Position numbers and translations under genes: made by a program
The notes under the pieces: model-generated
Told to the model about the DNA's origin: nothing
Database searches by the model: none
What the model saw: the letters and a program-made list of their open reading frames with translations, nothing else
Assembly: GCA_037917685.1 (NCBI GenBank)
Contig: JAVCBU010000006.1
Coordinates: 288,001 to 352,000 of the forward strand
DNA from: Thermoproteota archaeon
Lineage (GTDB): Archaea; Korarchaeota; Korarchaeia; Korarchaeales; JAOZGB01
Direction: 5' to 3'
Length of the DNA: 64,000 nucleotides
In this document: positions 36,992 through 46,687 of the stretch, piece after piece
Numbering within the stretch: position 1 is the first letter of the stretch
Layout: every line of letters begins with the position of its first letter

Positions 36992-37786
36992 CTACCTCCT
37001 CACCCGTTTCAAAAAGCCAAAACTAAATAAAAGTCTCCTCTTCGGCCTCACCACAATAGCCGGCGGCTTCACACCCATAATCCTAGCAGCCACACTCCTC
37101 AAAGCCAAAGCCGCAGGAGAATCAGGTTTAACCTTAGCCAAAACCTCAAGCCTAGCAGACGAAACTTTCATGGCAGGATCATGAGGGATGGCGCCCAAAA
37201 AAGGCATTTCCAGAATCCTCTCGAAACTCCGAACAACCTCAGGTCTAAGCAAACCCTGGTCTTCAACATCGTTCAAAACAAAACCCAAAGCCCGAGCCCT
37301 AACATTATCCCCTGTACCCTTAACAAACAAGGCAGCATCCAAGCTCCAAACATCAGGCTCTACAACGACTAGATACTCCCGGAAAGCGGACATAGCCCTA
37401 ACCACATTCCCCCCCAAACCCTGACCAGCATCCACAATAACATAATCAACACGGTCAGCAATAGAACCAAGCATCCTAACAAGATCATCAAAAAGAACAC
37501 CACCAGACCCCCGCCGGAAAGGCCTAACAGGAATAATTCCAAGCCTATCATGAATTCTCGTGGCATGAACAGCCTTCCACAGTGGAATACCCTCAGAAAC
37601 AACCCTCACCAAGTCAACCTCAACATCAGCAACCCCAAAAAGCCTCGACAAACAGGCAAACTCCAAATCACCATCAACCAACAAAACAACATTCCCAGCC
37701 TCAGCCAACAAAAAACCTAGGTTAGCACTAACAACAGTCTTACCAGTACCACCCTTCCCAGAAACCACCACAAAGCCACGCTTCAA
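36992..37786 (-). CDS. MinD/ParA-family ATPase
   Basis: SGKGGTGKT, VDGD, DYVIVDA..G, GFVLN, IP.D; basic/aromatic C-terminal tail LFSFGFLKRVRR; TTG start after GAGGTTGGGG. Confidence 0.85.
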   Translation of the reverse strand: MKRGFVVVSGKGGTGKTVVSANLGFLLAEAGNVVLLVDGDLEFACLSRLFGVADVEVDLVRVVSEGIPLWKAVHATRIHDRLGIIPVRPFRRGSGGVLFDDLVRMLGSIADRVDYVIVDAGQGLGGNVVRAMSAFREYLVVVEPDVWSLDAALFVKGTGDNVRARALGFVLNDVEDQGLLRPEVVRSFERILEMPFLGAIPHDPAMKVSSARLEVLAKVKPDSPAALALRSVAARIMGVKPPAIVVRPKRRLLFSFGFLKRVRR

Positions 37787-37865
37787 CCCCAACCTCAAAC
37801 ATACTAACAGACCGAAACATATAAAAATAATCCCAACCCCCCAAATAAATAGCAAGCCAACAACT

Positions 37866-37902
37866 AACAACAAACCAAAAAAGAAAGGGAAATAAAGGGA
37901 AG
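37866..37902 (-). terminator. U-rich terminator after pilin gene
   Basis: Minus strand CTTCCCTTTATTTCCCTTTCTTTTTTTGGTTTG directly after the pilin stop. Confidence 0.5.
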
Positions 37903-37903
37903 T

Positions 37904-38341
37904 TTATGGGATAGCCACAGCCTTAGGATAATCCTTACCGCCTGCAGTATGCAGGGTAACTTCATATGTAACCCCGGATGACCAAGAGCCACCAGTTACA
38001 CTGGGCGGAATGTCACCATTGTAGATGTGTATAGTGACGCTAGCACCGCTAACCAGCGTTATAGGTAGCGTACCAGACAGATTCCCTCCACTTCTCACCG
38101 GGATTCCATTAATGAATACGTCAGTGATGGTGGCATCGGCGGACCCAGTATTCTTAACTCTTAGTGTAACTCTCTGGTTAGTTGAATCGTACCACGCAGC
38201 AGAGATTTCAAGCTTTTCAAATCTCGTAAAGATGCCGGCTATGCCAACGACCCAGTATGCGACCGCTATTGCTATTGCTATGGCGACTGCTACGATTATA
38301 ATGGTTGCTATTACCGGGGATATTCCCGCGTTTCTTCTCAT
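37904..38341 (-). CDS. Archaeal type IV pilin
   Basis: Class III signal peptide MRRNAG/ISPVIATIIIVAVAIAIAIAVAYW; beta-rich domain with VKNTG...I..V.ING. Confidence 0.9.
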   Translation of the reverse strand: MRRNAGISPVIATIIIVAVAIAIAIAVAYWVVGIAGIFTRFEKLEISAAWYDSTNQRVTLRVKNTGSADATITDVFINGIPVRSGGNLSGTLPITLVSGASVTIHIYNGDIPPSVTGGSWSSGVTYEVTLHTAGGKDYPKAVAIP

Positions 38342-38372
38342 AACCTGATCATTTATTCTTGACTTTTCATAG

Positions 38373-38386
38373 AATTTAAATCTTTG
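38373..38386 (-). promoter_or_regulatory. BRE/TATA promoter of pilin gene
   Basis: Minus strand CAAAGA-TTTAAATT about 32 nt upstream of the ATG. Confidence 0.5.
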
Positions 38387-38614
38387 TGATATTTTTGTTT
38401 GTTGTTGTTTTTTCTGGTAAATTTTTAAATATATGGCTATTTTCTAGGTATGTTTTTGATTTTTACATGATTTTATGTGTTTTTCAAGTTCATTCTTCCT
38501 TTTCGTGTTTTGAGTGGATTTTTAATGTTGTTAGATATGGTGGTTGTTTTCTTTTTAATATTATGGTTTTGACCTTGGCCTTTAGGTATGGTTTGGAGGT
38601 TAGATCCCCTCTCC

Positions 38615-38665
38615 TACATTGAGAGTTACATCTTCTAATATTTATTTGATGTAACTCTCAATGTA
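38615..38665. repeat. Perfect 18-bp inverted repeat with 15-nt AT-rich spacer
   Basis: TACATTGAGAGTTACATC-ttctaatatttattt-GATGTAACTCTCAATGTA. Confidence 0.95.
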
Positions 38666-38698
38666 AATACCCCCGTTCATTGGAGTGTGATGGTGCTT

Positions 38699-40297
38699 TT
38701 ACATTTTAATTGTTGTTTTAATCTTCCTTAAGTAGTATTCCCTTATCATTCTCCCTATTTCTCTGTAGTCTGTTACGTTTCTTTTGATCATTTCTTCTAT
38801 TAGCGCTTCTCTTTCTCTAATTTCGTTTATTATGTCTGGGACTGTTCTCGCTGTTTCTATGGCTATTTCTTTCAGTATCCTGCTTTTTGTTAGGTCTCCT
38901 ATGAACAGGTCCCTGCCTGCGTTCCACCAGAACACGGTGTTCTTCTGGAGGGTTGCGCCGTCATAGTCAATAATTTCATCTATTCTTTTTATCCTTCTAG
39001 CCATCCTTCCGTTAGGTAAGTTCACTCTTCCAAGTAGGATCGCTATTTTGATAAGGGGTATGTAAGCTGGTGCTATGTCCAGAGGTTTCTGTGTGAACCT
39101 CTTGATTGCTGCTTCGACACTGTCTGCGTGGAATGTTGTAAGTCCCCCGTGTCCTGTTGCTATTGCTTGTATTAGGGCGTATGCTTCTCTTCCTCTAATT
39201 TCTCCGACAATTATGTAGTCAGGTCGGTGTCTTAGGCTTGTCACTACTAGGTCGAATAGGTCTATTCCTCCTCCGGTTTCCTTGCTTACACCTAGCCCGT
39301 ATGCAGGTCTTGATATGAATTCTATCCAGTTTTCATGTGGTAGCCTTAGTTCCGCGGTTTCCTCTACTGTTATTATCTTTGCTTCAGGCCTTATCATACA
39401 TGATAGGGCATTTAGAAGTGTTGTTTTCCCAGCTGCTGTAGCCCCGATTATTAGTACAGCCTTTTTGTACTCCATGGCTATCCAGAGGTAGGCGGCCATT
39501 TCGCTTGTTAGAACTCCGAAGTTTATCAGGTCAACAATAGTGTAAGGTTTCTCTCTGAATTTTCTAATTGTGAATGTTCCACCTTTAGGGGTTATTTCAC
39601 GCCTGTAGCTTGCTGCAAGCCTGTGCTTTCCCTCGAGCATGACGTCTACTATGGGGAAGGCTGTTGAGATGTGTTTTCCAGCTCGATGGACGAGTTTTAC
39701 TATAAACTCGTCCAGGTATTCCTCGCTGTTGAAAATTATGTTTGTCTTCATGCTTTCATACTTTCTGTGCCAGATGTAAACTGGAACGCCGACTCCGTCG
39801 CACGATATGTCCTCGATGTTAGGATCCCTCATAAGTCCGTCGATCGGGCCGTAGCCTAGAAGGTTTCTTTTGATGTAGCACAGTATTTTAGGCCAGCTTA
39901 CCGTTTCTTTGAGTTTAATCTTATACTTTTTAGCTATCCTTGTAGCCTCTAGGGCGAGGTATTTCTCTCTGTCTTTTATCTCGTCAGGTGCCATTATTTC
40001 GCTTGACAGCATGTCGACTACAAGGTCGTATATCTCCTTCTCCTGCTTGTTCATTTTTTCCTCGATTACGAAATATCTTCTTTCCCCGTCAACAGGGTTC
40101 ATGGCTATGACAGCCTTGGAGAAAACCTTATATGTAGGGTATTCTTTCACTGTAGGAAACGGGTTAAGCTCTGGAGGGGCTGCTTCGAGCTCGGATGCTT
40201 CGTAAAGTTTATATGCTTCAATTATATCCCAGTCAGGGGGTAGTGGCTCTAGAGTGACTTCTTCAGGTTTTATTTCCCGTTCTAGTAATGACCACAT
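38699..40297 (-). CDS. Type IV pilus assembly ATPase PilB/TadA (VirB11/ArlI family)
   Basis: GYG.ID..M.DPNIEDISCDG, FTIRKF, GATAAGKTT.LN, TVEET.EL, LR.RPDYI.VGE.RG.EA, ATGHG...T.HA. Confidence 0.93.
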   Translation of the reverse strand: MWSLLEREIKPEEVTLEPLPPDWDIIEAYKLYEASELEAAPPELNPFPTVKEYPTYKVFSKAVIAMNPVDGERRYFVIEEKMNKQEKEIYDLVVDMLSSEIMAPDEIKDREKYLALEATRIAKKYKIKLKETVSWPKILCYIKRNLLGYGPIDGLMRDPNIEDISCDGVGVPVYIWHRKYESMKTNIIFNSEEYLDEFIVKLVHRAGKHISTAFPIVDVMLEGKHRLAASYRREITPKGGTFTIRKFREKPYTIVDLINFGVLTSEMAAYLWIAMEYKKAVLIIGATAAGKTTLLNALSCMIRPEAKIITVEETAELRLPHENWIEFISRPAYGLGVSKETGGGIDLFDLVVTSLRHRPDYIIVGEIRGREAYALIQAIATGHGGLTTFHADSVEAAIKRFTQKPLDIAPAYIPLIKIAILLGRVNLPNGRMARRIKRIDEIIDYDGATLQKNTVFWWNAGRDLFIGDLTKSRILKEIAIETARTVPDIINEIREREALIEEMIKRNVTDYREIGRMIREYYLRKIKTTIKM

Positions 40298-40425
40298 ATC
40301 AACTATTATAGTATGGTGCTTACAATATTATAAATTAACATTGAAATCCTCTTATAAATTGTGAATTATCCTATGATTTCAAGTTAAAATCAAACATTTT
40401 ATATACAACTTAGGAGTTAGAACTA

Positions 40426-41304
40426 ATGATAATCTTGATTGAATTATCAAAACTGGAAGAAGAGCTGAGGGTTTTAGAAGATCTTTACAAATCGGGTCAG
40501 ATTTCAAGAGAAAAGTATATCAGTCGGATATCTGAAATTAAAGAGAGATTCGAGGCTATTAAAAGGAAGTACAGCTTGGAGAAGGGTGGAAAAGCCAAAG
40601 TGAAGCCTAGAATCTCACAAACAGAGTTGACCTATCTAAATATCATTAGAAAGTTCCCTGACATTTTAACACCGAAAATAGAGGGGTTCCTCCGAGTCTC
40701 ATTTAAGAAAGCCGCTGAGGTTTTCGGAGAGCAGGAAAGCGAAACGATGAGCACCCTTACCAGGCTGGAGTCGGCGGGTGTACTCAGAAAGGAGAGGATG
40801 TTATCTCTTTTGAAGTGCCCAAAATGTGGTAATGAGGGTCTGGTGCTGACCGTTAGGTGCCCTCACTGCGATAGCCCTAGCCTGCACAAAAGAATCATTC
40901 TGAAACACTTGCCATGCGGCCATGTGGACTTTACAGAAAACTATATGAGAGAAAGAGGGAGCCTGGTATGTCCTTCATGTTTTAGACCTATAGAGAACGA
41001 GTATGAGAAGCTAGGGATATTTGTGTGCGAAGAATGCGGGAGAGTATCCTCTCTTCCTCTCGTCAAAGGTTTCTGCACTGCTTGCCAAGCGGAAGTTGAT
41101 GTGAGAGACTCGGATATACTGCCTGTCTTTTCGTTCTCCATGCCATCCGAAATAGCTAAGCATGTTATGCCAGAGCTTTCAGCGTTTGAGTTTGAAAAGG
41201 AATTCACAGAAAGGATAGAGAAGCATCTCAGAGTTGCAAGGCAGGAGAGTGATAAGTCTACCGAGATAAGGAAGCTTTTCAAAGAGATTCTGGAAAAGAA
41301 GTAG
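40426..41304 (+). CDS. TackOD1-like wHTH/multi-Zn-ribbon protein with N-terminal G.IS..KY hairpin
   Basis: L..L...G.L followed by CPKC, CPHC, H..CG, CPSC, CEEC, CTAC. Confidence 0.65.
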   Translation: MIILIELSKLEEELRVLEDLYKSGQISREKYISRISEIKERFEAIKRKYSLEKGGKAKVKPRISQTELTYLNIIRKFPDILTPKIEGFLRVSFKKAAEVFGEQESETMSTLTRLESAGVLRKERMLSLLKCPKCGNEGLVLTVRCPHCDSPSLHKRIILKHLPCGHVDFTENYMRERGSLVCPSCFRPIENEYEKLGIFVCEECGRVSSLPLVKGFCTACQAEVDVRDSDILPVFSFSMPSEIAKHVMPELSAFEFEKEFTERIEKHLRVARQESDKSTEIRKLFKEILEKK

Positions 41305-41371
41305 ATAGAATCGCAGGCTTGGAGATCCGAAGGTATGATTTAAATTATTAACATCATAAGATGGATAAATT

Positions 41372-42247
41372 ATGTTGTCTTCATCAAAGTCATTTCTCAT
41401 GATACTACTGGCTAATCTTTTATTGTCTCTCAGTCAGCCTCCAGTTCAGATTAAACTTTCATATCCTGAGAAGGTTAGGATTGGAGAGGTTGCAAATATA
41501 ACTGTAAGTATTAAAAATATGTGGGGTGGGGAAATCCCCTCCATTATAGTATGCGATAACGTAACCCATACCTGTAGATTTATTGGCCCATTGCAACCAG
41601 GTCAGGAGGATTATCTGACGTATCAAGCCAAGATACTTGAGCCTAAAGCATATAATTTCTACTTCACGGTGGATATTCCAAGCTTGAACTATACCTCAAC
41701 TTACTACGCGCACATACAGGGGTTTATGTATGATTCTCTCCTCCCATTTGTCATGGTTTCCGGGCCGCTGCTTCTAACAGTTTTGTTATATAGGCGCAGA
41801 AACCGAATTCCCTTTATATTAGCCTTGTTAGGCATGGTTTTATGGGCTTTATATGGTGTTTGGAGTGTGGAGTATAGTCTTATCCTAAGATTCTCAACCG
41901 AGATATGCCTGAGCTGCCTTGGTCTAGAGGCGGAGAAACATGTTGCGACACTTTCCCCCGAGAGTGTGGCCAGGCTTAACTCTCTGGAGAGGGAAGTACA
42001 CATAATCTTGTTCACAAGTGAGCATTGTAAGGCCTGTCCAGCTGCGAAACACCTTGTCAGCCTCATTTCAAACGCATCTGGAGGCATGGTCAAGTACGTT
42101 GAGCTAGACGTGGCAACACACAAGTCTGAGGCTGAGGAGTACGGCGTTAGGTTTGTTCCAACAATCATAGTTGGTAACGTTAAGATTGAGGGTGTGCCGT
42201 CGGAGGGGTATTTGGTTGACGTGATAGTTAAGGAAGCTGGAGGGTGA
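41372..42247 (+). CDS. Membrane protein: signal peptide, Ig/CARDB-like domain, TM-ICLSCLG segment, thioredoxin domain
   Basis: V.V.IKN..G...L.PG; two TMs then ICLSCLGL; FTS..CKACP ... YGV..VPT. Confidence 0.7.
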   Translation: MLSSSKSFLMILLANLLLSLSQPPVQIKLSYPEKVRIGEVANITVSIKNMWGGEIPSIIVCDNVTHTCRFIGPLQPGQEDYLTYQAKILEPKAYNFYFTVDIPSLNYTSTYYAHIQGFMYDSLLPFVMVSGPLLLTVLLYRRRNRIPFILALLGMVLWALYGVWSVEYSLILRFSTEICLSCLGLEAEKHVATLSPESVARLNSLEREVHIILFTSEHCKACPAAKHLVSLISNASGGMVKYVELDVATHKSEAEEYGVRFVPTIIVGNVKIEGVPSEGYLVDVIVKEAGG

Positions 42248-43083
42248 GTGGTTTGAGGGGTAGGCTCATCCGCCTTAGAAGGGTGCTTCAATTCATCGGG
42301 TTAGTATTGGCAAACCTTGGAGTACTTGGTCTTTCCCACATAGGCTTCGTATATCCATACCTCTACTGCTACGCTTGTCCCTACTCCATTCTCGGCTGTC
42401 CATTCGGGGTTCTCCAAAACATGATGATCGTCCGGGCCATCCCCTTTCTAAGCATTGGAGGTCTATTCTCGATATATCTTTTTTCAGGTAGGTTCTTCTG
42501 CGGGTGGATCTGCCCTATAGGACTGCTCACGGAGATGTTTCATAAAGCTGAGAGACTTATATACACTAAACTCCTTAAAGTTGAGGTGAAAATGGCTTCA
42601 CCACCCAAGCCTTCAACATTCGTTAAGTACGGGGTTCTAGTAGTTTCGCTGATAGTAGCCTACATGTTTAAAGATACCTACTTCTGTAAAGGGTGCATAG
42701 CTGGGTTCTTGGTTGCGGGGATACCGTATAGGCTAAGGCTTCATATAGGTCTCTTCTCAGGTCTAACCCTAACCCATCCCTTTACAATACACATTATAAC
42801 CTTCATCATAATCCTAATTCTAAGCCTATCATACCTCGGAAAGTTCTGGTGCAGGTTTATATGTCCTGTCGGTGCGCTAGCGGGAATTCTAAACAATGTT
42901 TCACTTCTCAGGCTTGAATATGATGAGTCAAAATGTACAGGATGCATGTTATGTGTACAGGCGTGCCCTATGGCTATCAATCCCACGCATCTAGACGCTT
43001 ACACAGAGTCAGACTGTATAAGATGCGGCTCCTGCGTTGACGCATGTCAAAATGGGAGTCTAAGACTATTGTTTAAACCCTAA
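42244..43083 (+). CDS. NapH/MauN-type membrane polyferredoxin
   Basis: CYACP....CP.G, GRFFCGWICP.G, FWCRFICP.GA, CTGCMLCVQACP, CIRCGSCVDAC. Confidence 0.85.
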   Translation: MSGLRGRLIRLRRVLQFIGLVLANLGVLGLSHIGFVYPYLYCYACPYSILGCPFGVLQNMMIVRAIPFLSIGGLFSIYLFSGRFFCGWICPIGLLTEMFHKAERLIYTKLLKVEVKMASPPKPSTFVKYGVLVVSLIVAYMFKDTYFCKGCIAGFLVAGIPYRLRLHIGLFSGLTLTHPFTIHIITFIIILILSLSYLGKFWCRFICPVGALAGILNNVSLLRLEYDESKCTGCMLCVQACPMAINPTHLDAYTESDCIRCGSCVDACQNGSLRLLFKP

Positions 43084-44192
43084 TCTGTAATGACGATTAA
43101 ACACTCCGACAACTGTACCTGGCCATCGAAGTTTAGATCCCTCCACTCTATAACAGCCATTGTAATTCCTTGGAACAAGCTGCCTGATAAAGCAACCATA
43201 AGCGATGCAGCCTTCGTACCATATCTTGTGCATCCCTGGATAGAAAGAATATATCCATCCCCCTCCTCTGTAAAGTATATAACTGCGTAATCCCTCCATC
43301 CCCAGTATTCGCGCTTGTAGGTCCACTCAGAGCCAAGTGCTCTAAGTACTACCGCATCCTCTAGCACGGTAAAGTCCACGTCTACCTTATCATTCAATTT
43401 CGCTACTCCAGGTACTGCGACTGGTCCTCCAACGGTTATTAGAGGCCTGTCTTTCGGGATAGCGTATAGTTGAAGACTTCCCTCTGCCTTTAGCGCTGAA
43501 TCTAGTAACATTACAGAGGCATAGTCGCTGATGCTGCCATATACTATTGTTGAATACATAGATTTGTTGAGTATAAATCCGTAAATGTCATGGGCTGTGG
43601 CGTTGACAGGAGGTGGTGTTGGCGGAATGTAGCTTCTCTGATATCCTACCACAGCCCTAATCATAATGTTTCCATTTACAGGTGTATAACTTTTATTACC
43701 GCAAAAGTAAATGTAGCTCCTCCCTTTAGACGGGGAACTCGTGTCTAAACCTACCATGGGTCTGTAGCCATTTGGAGTTTCTTTTAAAGGTTTTATAAGT
43801 ATGTAGAAGCCTGGCATAGGAGCATCAAGACTGTAACCTTGAAGGTTAACTTCGCACCATCCGGAAGACTCAGGTTTAAAATGCTCACCGGTATAGATGC
43901 TGTATCTAAATGTTTCCACATACTCCGAACTCCACAAAACAATGTCAAACTCTTCAGCAGAGTCTAAGTAAACCTTTACTGACAAAAGCTTGCCTTCAGG
44001 CTGGTCTACAGTAAAGTAAACCATGTAATAGCATCCTCTTATGCTACCAAGGTTTAGAAACCCCTCCGCTGAACCGTCGTCGTAGCTTATCTCTACAGGC
44101 AATATCTGCGCCTCGGCGTATTGGTAAGTTGTTAGAATGAGGCATACAATGGCAAATACAGCAGTTAACCCCGAGAAACTGCGCATATGCAA
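43080..44192 (-). CDS. Secreted/surface protein, S-layer-like C-terminal domain
   Basis: Signal peptide; SYDDG..E; PPTPPP linker; I.VGGP.A, GCTRYGT.AA, W.D.N.DG. Confidence 0.65.
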   Translation of the reverse strand: MHMRSFSGLTAVFAIVCLILTTYQYAEAQILPVEISYDDGSAEGFLNLGSIRGCYYMVYFTVDQPEGKLLSVKVYLDSAEEFDIVLWSSEYVETFRYSIYTGEHFKPESSGWCEVNLQGYSLDAPMPGFYILIKPLKETPNGYRPMVGLDTSSPSKGRSYIYFCGNKSYTPVNGNIMIRAVVGYQRSYIPPTPPPVNATAHDIYGFILNKSMYSTIVYGSISDYASVMLLDSALKAEGSLQLYAIPKDRPLITVGGPVAVPGVAKLNDKVDVDFTVLEDAVVLRALGSEWTYKREYWGWRDYAVIYFTEEGDGYILSIQGCTRYGTKAASLMVALSGSLFQGITMAVIEWRDLNFDGQVQLSECLIVITD

Positions 44193-44262
44193 CTATTACT
44201 TTTTCTTTACAATTAAAACTTTTCAATGCCGATATTTAATGATCATGTTAAACGTGTCTAAT

Positions 44263-45015
44263 ATGAAACATGTTCTCCTATATCTTCCTAGAAGGAGGAA
44301 GAAATTTCTGGTTAGAGCTGATATTGCTGAGTTCCACAGCCATAAAGGTGTAGTAAGCCTTGAGAAGGCATTAAGCAAGGGATACGGCTCAATAATAGAG
44401 AGTTCTACTGGAGAGAAGTTTTATGTCTTCCAGCCTTTGCCTGTTGACATAGCGTTGAAAATGCGGAGGAGAACACAGATAATCTACCCTAAGGATGCCG
44501 GATACATGATATTAAAATCCGGAGTCGGACCCGGCTCGAGGATTGTAGAAGGGGGGACTGGTACGGGAGCCTTAACCATACTCCTTTCTCACATTGTGGG
44601 GGATGAGGGAAAAGTATACAGCTACGAGGTTAGAGAGGAATTCATGAAGCTTGCCATGAGGAACGTTGAACTATACGGCTATCCTAATCGTGTTGAATTT
44701 AAGCTTAAAGACATATGTGAGGGCGTTGATGAGAAAGAGGTAGATGCGGTGTTCCTGGATATTCCAAACCCTTGGGATGCTGTAGATAAAGTGTGGGGAA
44801 GCCTTAAACCATCAAAGGTATTATGTGTCTTTGTTCCATCTGTGAACCAGGTGGAGAAAGCCTACTTTTCAATGTCTGGCTTGTTCGAAGACGTAGAAAT
44901 CGTTGAGATCTTCTTGAGAAGGATTTCAGTAACAAGGGAAAGGGTTAGACCAGAAACTAGGATGATCGGGCATACAGGCTATATAATAACTGGAAGGAAG
45001 GTGGTAAAGGAATGA
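44263..45015 (+). CDS. trmI: tRNA (adenine57/58-N1)-methyltransferase
   Basis: R.TQIIYPKD, E.GTG.GAL, YE.R, LD.P.PW, Q, RP...M.GHTGY. Confidence 0.92.
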   Translation: MKHVLLYLPRRRKKFLVRADIAEFHSHKGVVSLEKALSKGYGSIIESSTGEKFYVFQPLPVDIALKMRRRTQIIYPKDAGYMILKSGVGPGSRIVEGGTGTGALTILLSHIVGDEGKVYSYEVREEFMKLAMRNVELYGYPNRVEFKLKDICEGVDEKEVDAVFLDIPNPWDAVDKVWGSLKPSKVLCVFVPSVNQVEKAYFSMSGLFEDVEIVEIFLRRISVTRERVRPETRMIGHTGYIITGRKVVKE

Positions 45016-46283
45016 GATCTGAAAGAGTAGAGATAGGTAAAGCGTTAGTGTCTTTCTTTAAGTCACCCCTGCACACATTGCCTGAGGAGGAAACCTCCAG
45101 GACTATTGGGGACGTGCTTTCAGCCCTAGTAGAAGCTGGATTTGAACCTAAATCATTTGGGGTGCATAGTAGCCCTGTAAAGATAGATGAGGAATGTGAC
45201 GTACTGGTATTTTACTTCCTTACCGGTGGAACAGGCCGAATCGCCTTTGAAACATGGCTTACCTCAAAGAAGCCTGTAATACTTCTCGCGGGAGAGAAGA
45301 ATAATTCATTACCCTCTGCTAGAAGGACGGAGCAGCTAATAAGGTGGAATGGAGGATTTCCGGTAGTAGTATACCATGAGGATTTTCTAGGACGAACCCT
45401 CCGCAGGTTGGCCGAGTCAGCAACACTCTCTATGGTACCATGGAAGCTATCAGCCTCTACTTTCGGCGTAATCGGAGGGGATATATCACGTTTTAGGCTT
45501 GCAGAGTCGATGTTCGGCTTTAATACTGTTGAAATACCTGTTGAGTCGATTCTGGATGCTTTCAATAAGATTAGTAGGGAAAGAGCTGAAGAGGGGGCTA
45601 GGGAGATTGCATCGAGGGTTCTCGACATACTCGAACCATCAATGCTCGATATAACAGGGGCATACAAACTTTACATCGCGATAAAGAAAATAGTTGAGTC
45701 CCTAGGCCTCAACGCTATATCTGTAGACTGTTTTCCACTAATAGAGGAGTTTAAGGTTACACCTTGCCTTGCAGTCTCACTATTAAACGACGAAGGGATT
45801 ACGTTTGGGTGCGAGGCTGAAGCCGACAGCCTGATAACCATGCATATTTTCAGACTTCTAACGGGAAAGCCGTCGTGGATGGTGAACGTAAACACCCTGA
45901 ACTATGAGAAAAGAATGATTGGAGTGTCGCATTGTACAATGCCTGCAAGCCTTTCAGGAGGTATCGAATCGGTAACGCTGAGATCCCATTTTGAATCGAA
46001 GGCCAGCGTTGCAATCTCCGGCGACTACAAGCCTTTGAAAGTAACCCTTGCAAAGATTACAGGCAAGAAATTCGAAAAGCTGTATCTTGCAAGGGGCCGA
46101 GTGTTGAAGTCCAACCTTATGCTGGAATATATGTGCAGATCTCAAGCCTTCATAAAGCTGGATCAGGGATTTGAGAACTTCATTTTCAGCGATATGGGGA
46201 ACCATATTGTGATAATGGCCGGAGACCATATTAAAAGCCTAAAGAGGATAGCTGAATTCTACAGCATGGAAGTAAAAACATAA
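45012..46283 (+). CDS. L-fucose/L-arabinose isomerase-like protein
   Basis: TGGT, NNSLP, A....CF......PCL...LND.G...GCE, SHCT, L..HFES, CR.Q, GNH. Confidence 0.7.
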   Translation: MRSERVEIGKALVSFFKSPLHTLPEEETSRTIGDVLSALVEAGFEPKSFGVHSSPVKIDEECDVLVFYFLTGGTGRIAFETWLTSKKPVILLAGEKNNSLPSARRTEQLIRWNGGFPVVVYHEDFLGRTLRRLAESATLSMVPWKLSASTFGVIGGDISRFRLAESMFGFNTVEIPVESILDAFNKISRERAEEGAREIASRVLDILEPSMLDITGAYKLYIAIKKIVESLGLNAISVDCFPLIEEFKVTPCLAVSLLNDEGITFGCEAEADSLITMHIFRLLTGKPSWMVNVNTLNYEKRMIGVSHCTMPASLSGGIESVTLRSHFESKASVAISGDYKPLKVTLAKITGKKFEKLYLARGRVLKSNLMLEYMCRSQAFIKLDQGFENFIFSDMGNHIVIMAGDHIKSLKRIAEFYSMEVKT

Positions 46284-46298
46284 TAAAATAAGGGGGGT

Positions 46299-46562
46299 TT
46301 AGGTTTTCCTTCCCCCGTCCTTGTCCTCTATTTCCATTAGACGCTTCTCATAGTCCTCTAGAAAGTTCAACCCCTTCTCGGTGATGTAAATCCTCTCTCC
46401 TCTAAACCTTCTTCTCCGCTGGATGTAACCCTTTCTCGTAAAGAGAGTCAAAACATACTCCCTAGCCTCCCTGTCCGAGACAAGCTCTGATGCAACGATG
46501 CCGTCGGGGAAGACATCGCGAAGCCGTTGAAGCGCTCGAATATGAGCCTCAAGCAATTCCAA
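46299..46562 (-). CDS. Small winged-helix DNA-binding protein
   Basis: L...GYI.......YITEKG..FL wing motif. Confidence 0.65.
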   Translation of the reverse strand: MELLEAHIRALQRLRDVFPDGIVASELVSDREAREYVLTLFTRKGYIQRRRRFRGERIYITEKGLNFLEDYEKRLMEIEDKDGGRKT

Positions 46563-46687
46563 GCCCTAGCCACCTATGTGGGGCAGTTAGTATTATAACT
46601 CCTCCCTAGCTTTTAAATCTTAATAAGGATGTGGAGACTCCTATTTTCACAGATGAACCGTAAACAAAACTATTTTTAACAAAATAT

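Noticed and set aside
38386-38622. 78-aa Phe/Val-rich ORF
   Set aside because: By-product of the T-rich non-coding tract; overlaps the pilin upstream region and the palindrome
38666-38690. Confident oriC/ORB call
   Set aside because: Only one short, imperfect ORB-like match and no orc1/cdc6 in the window; kept only as a hypothesis
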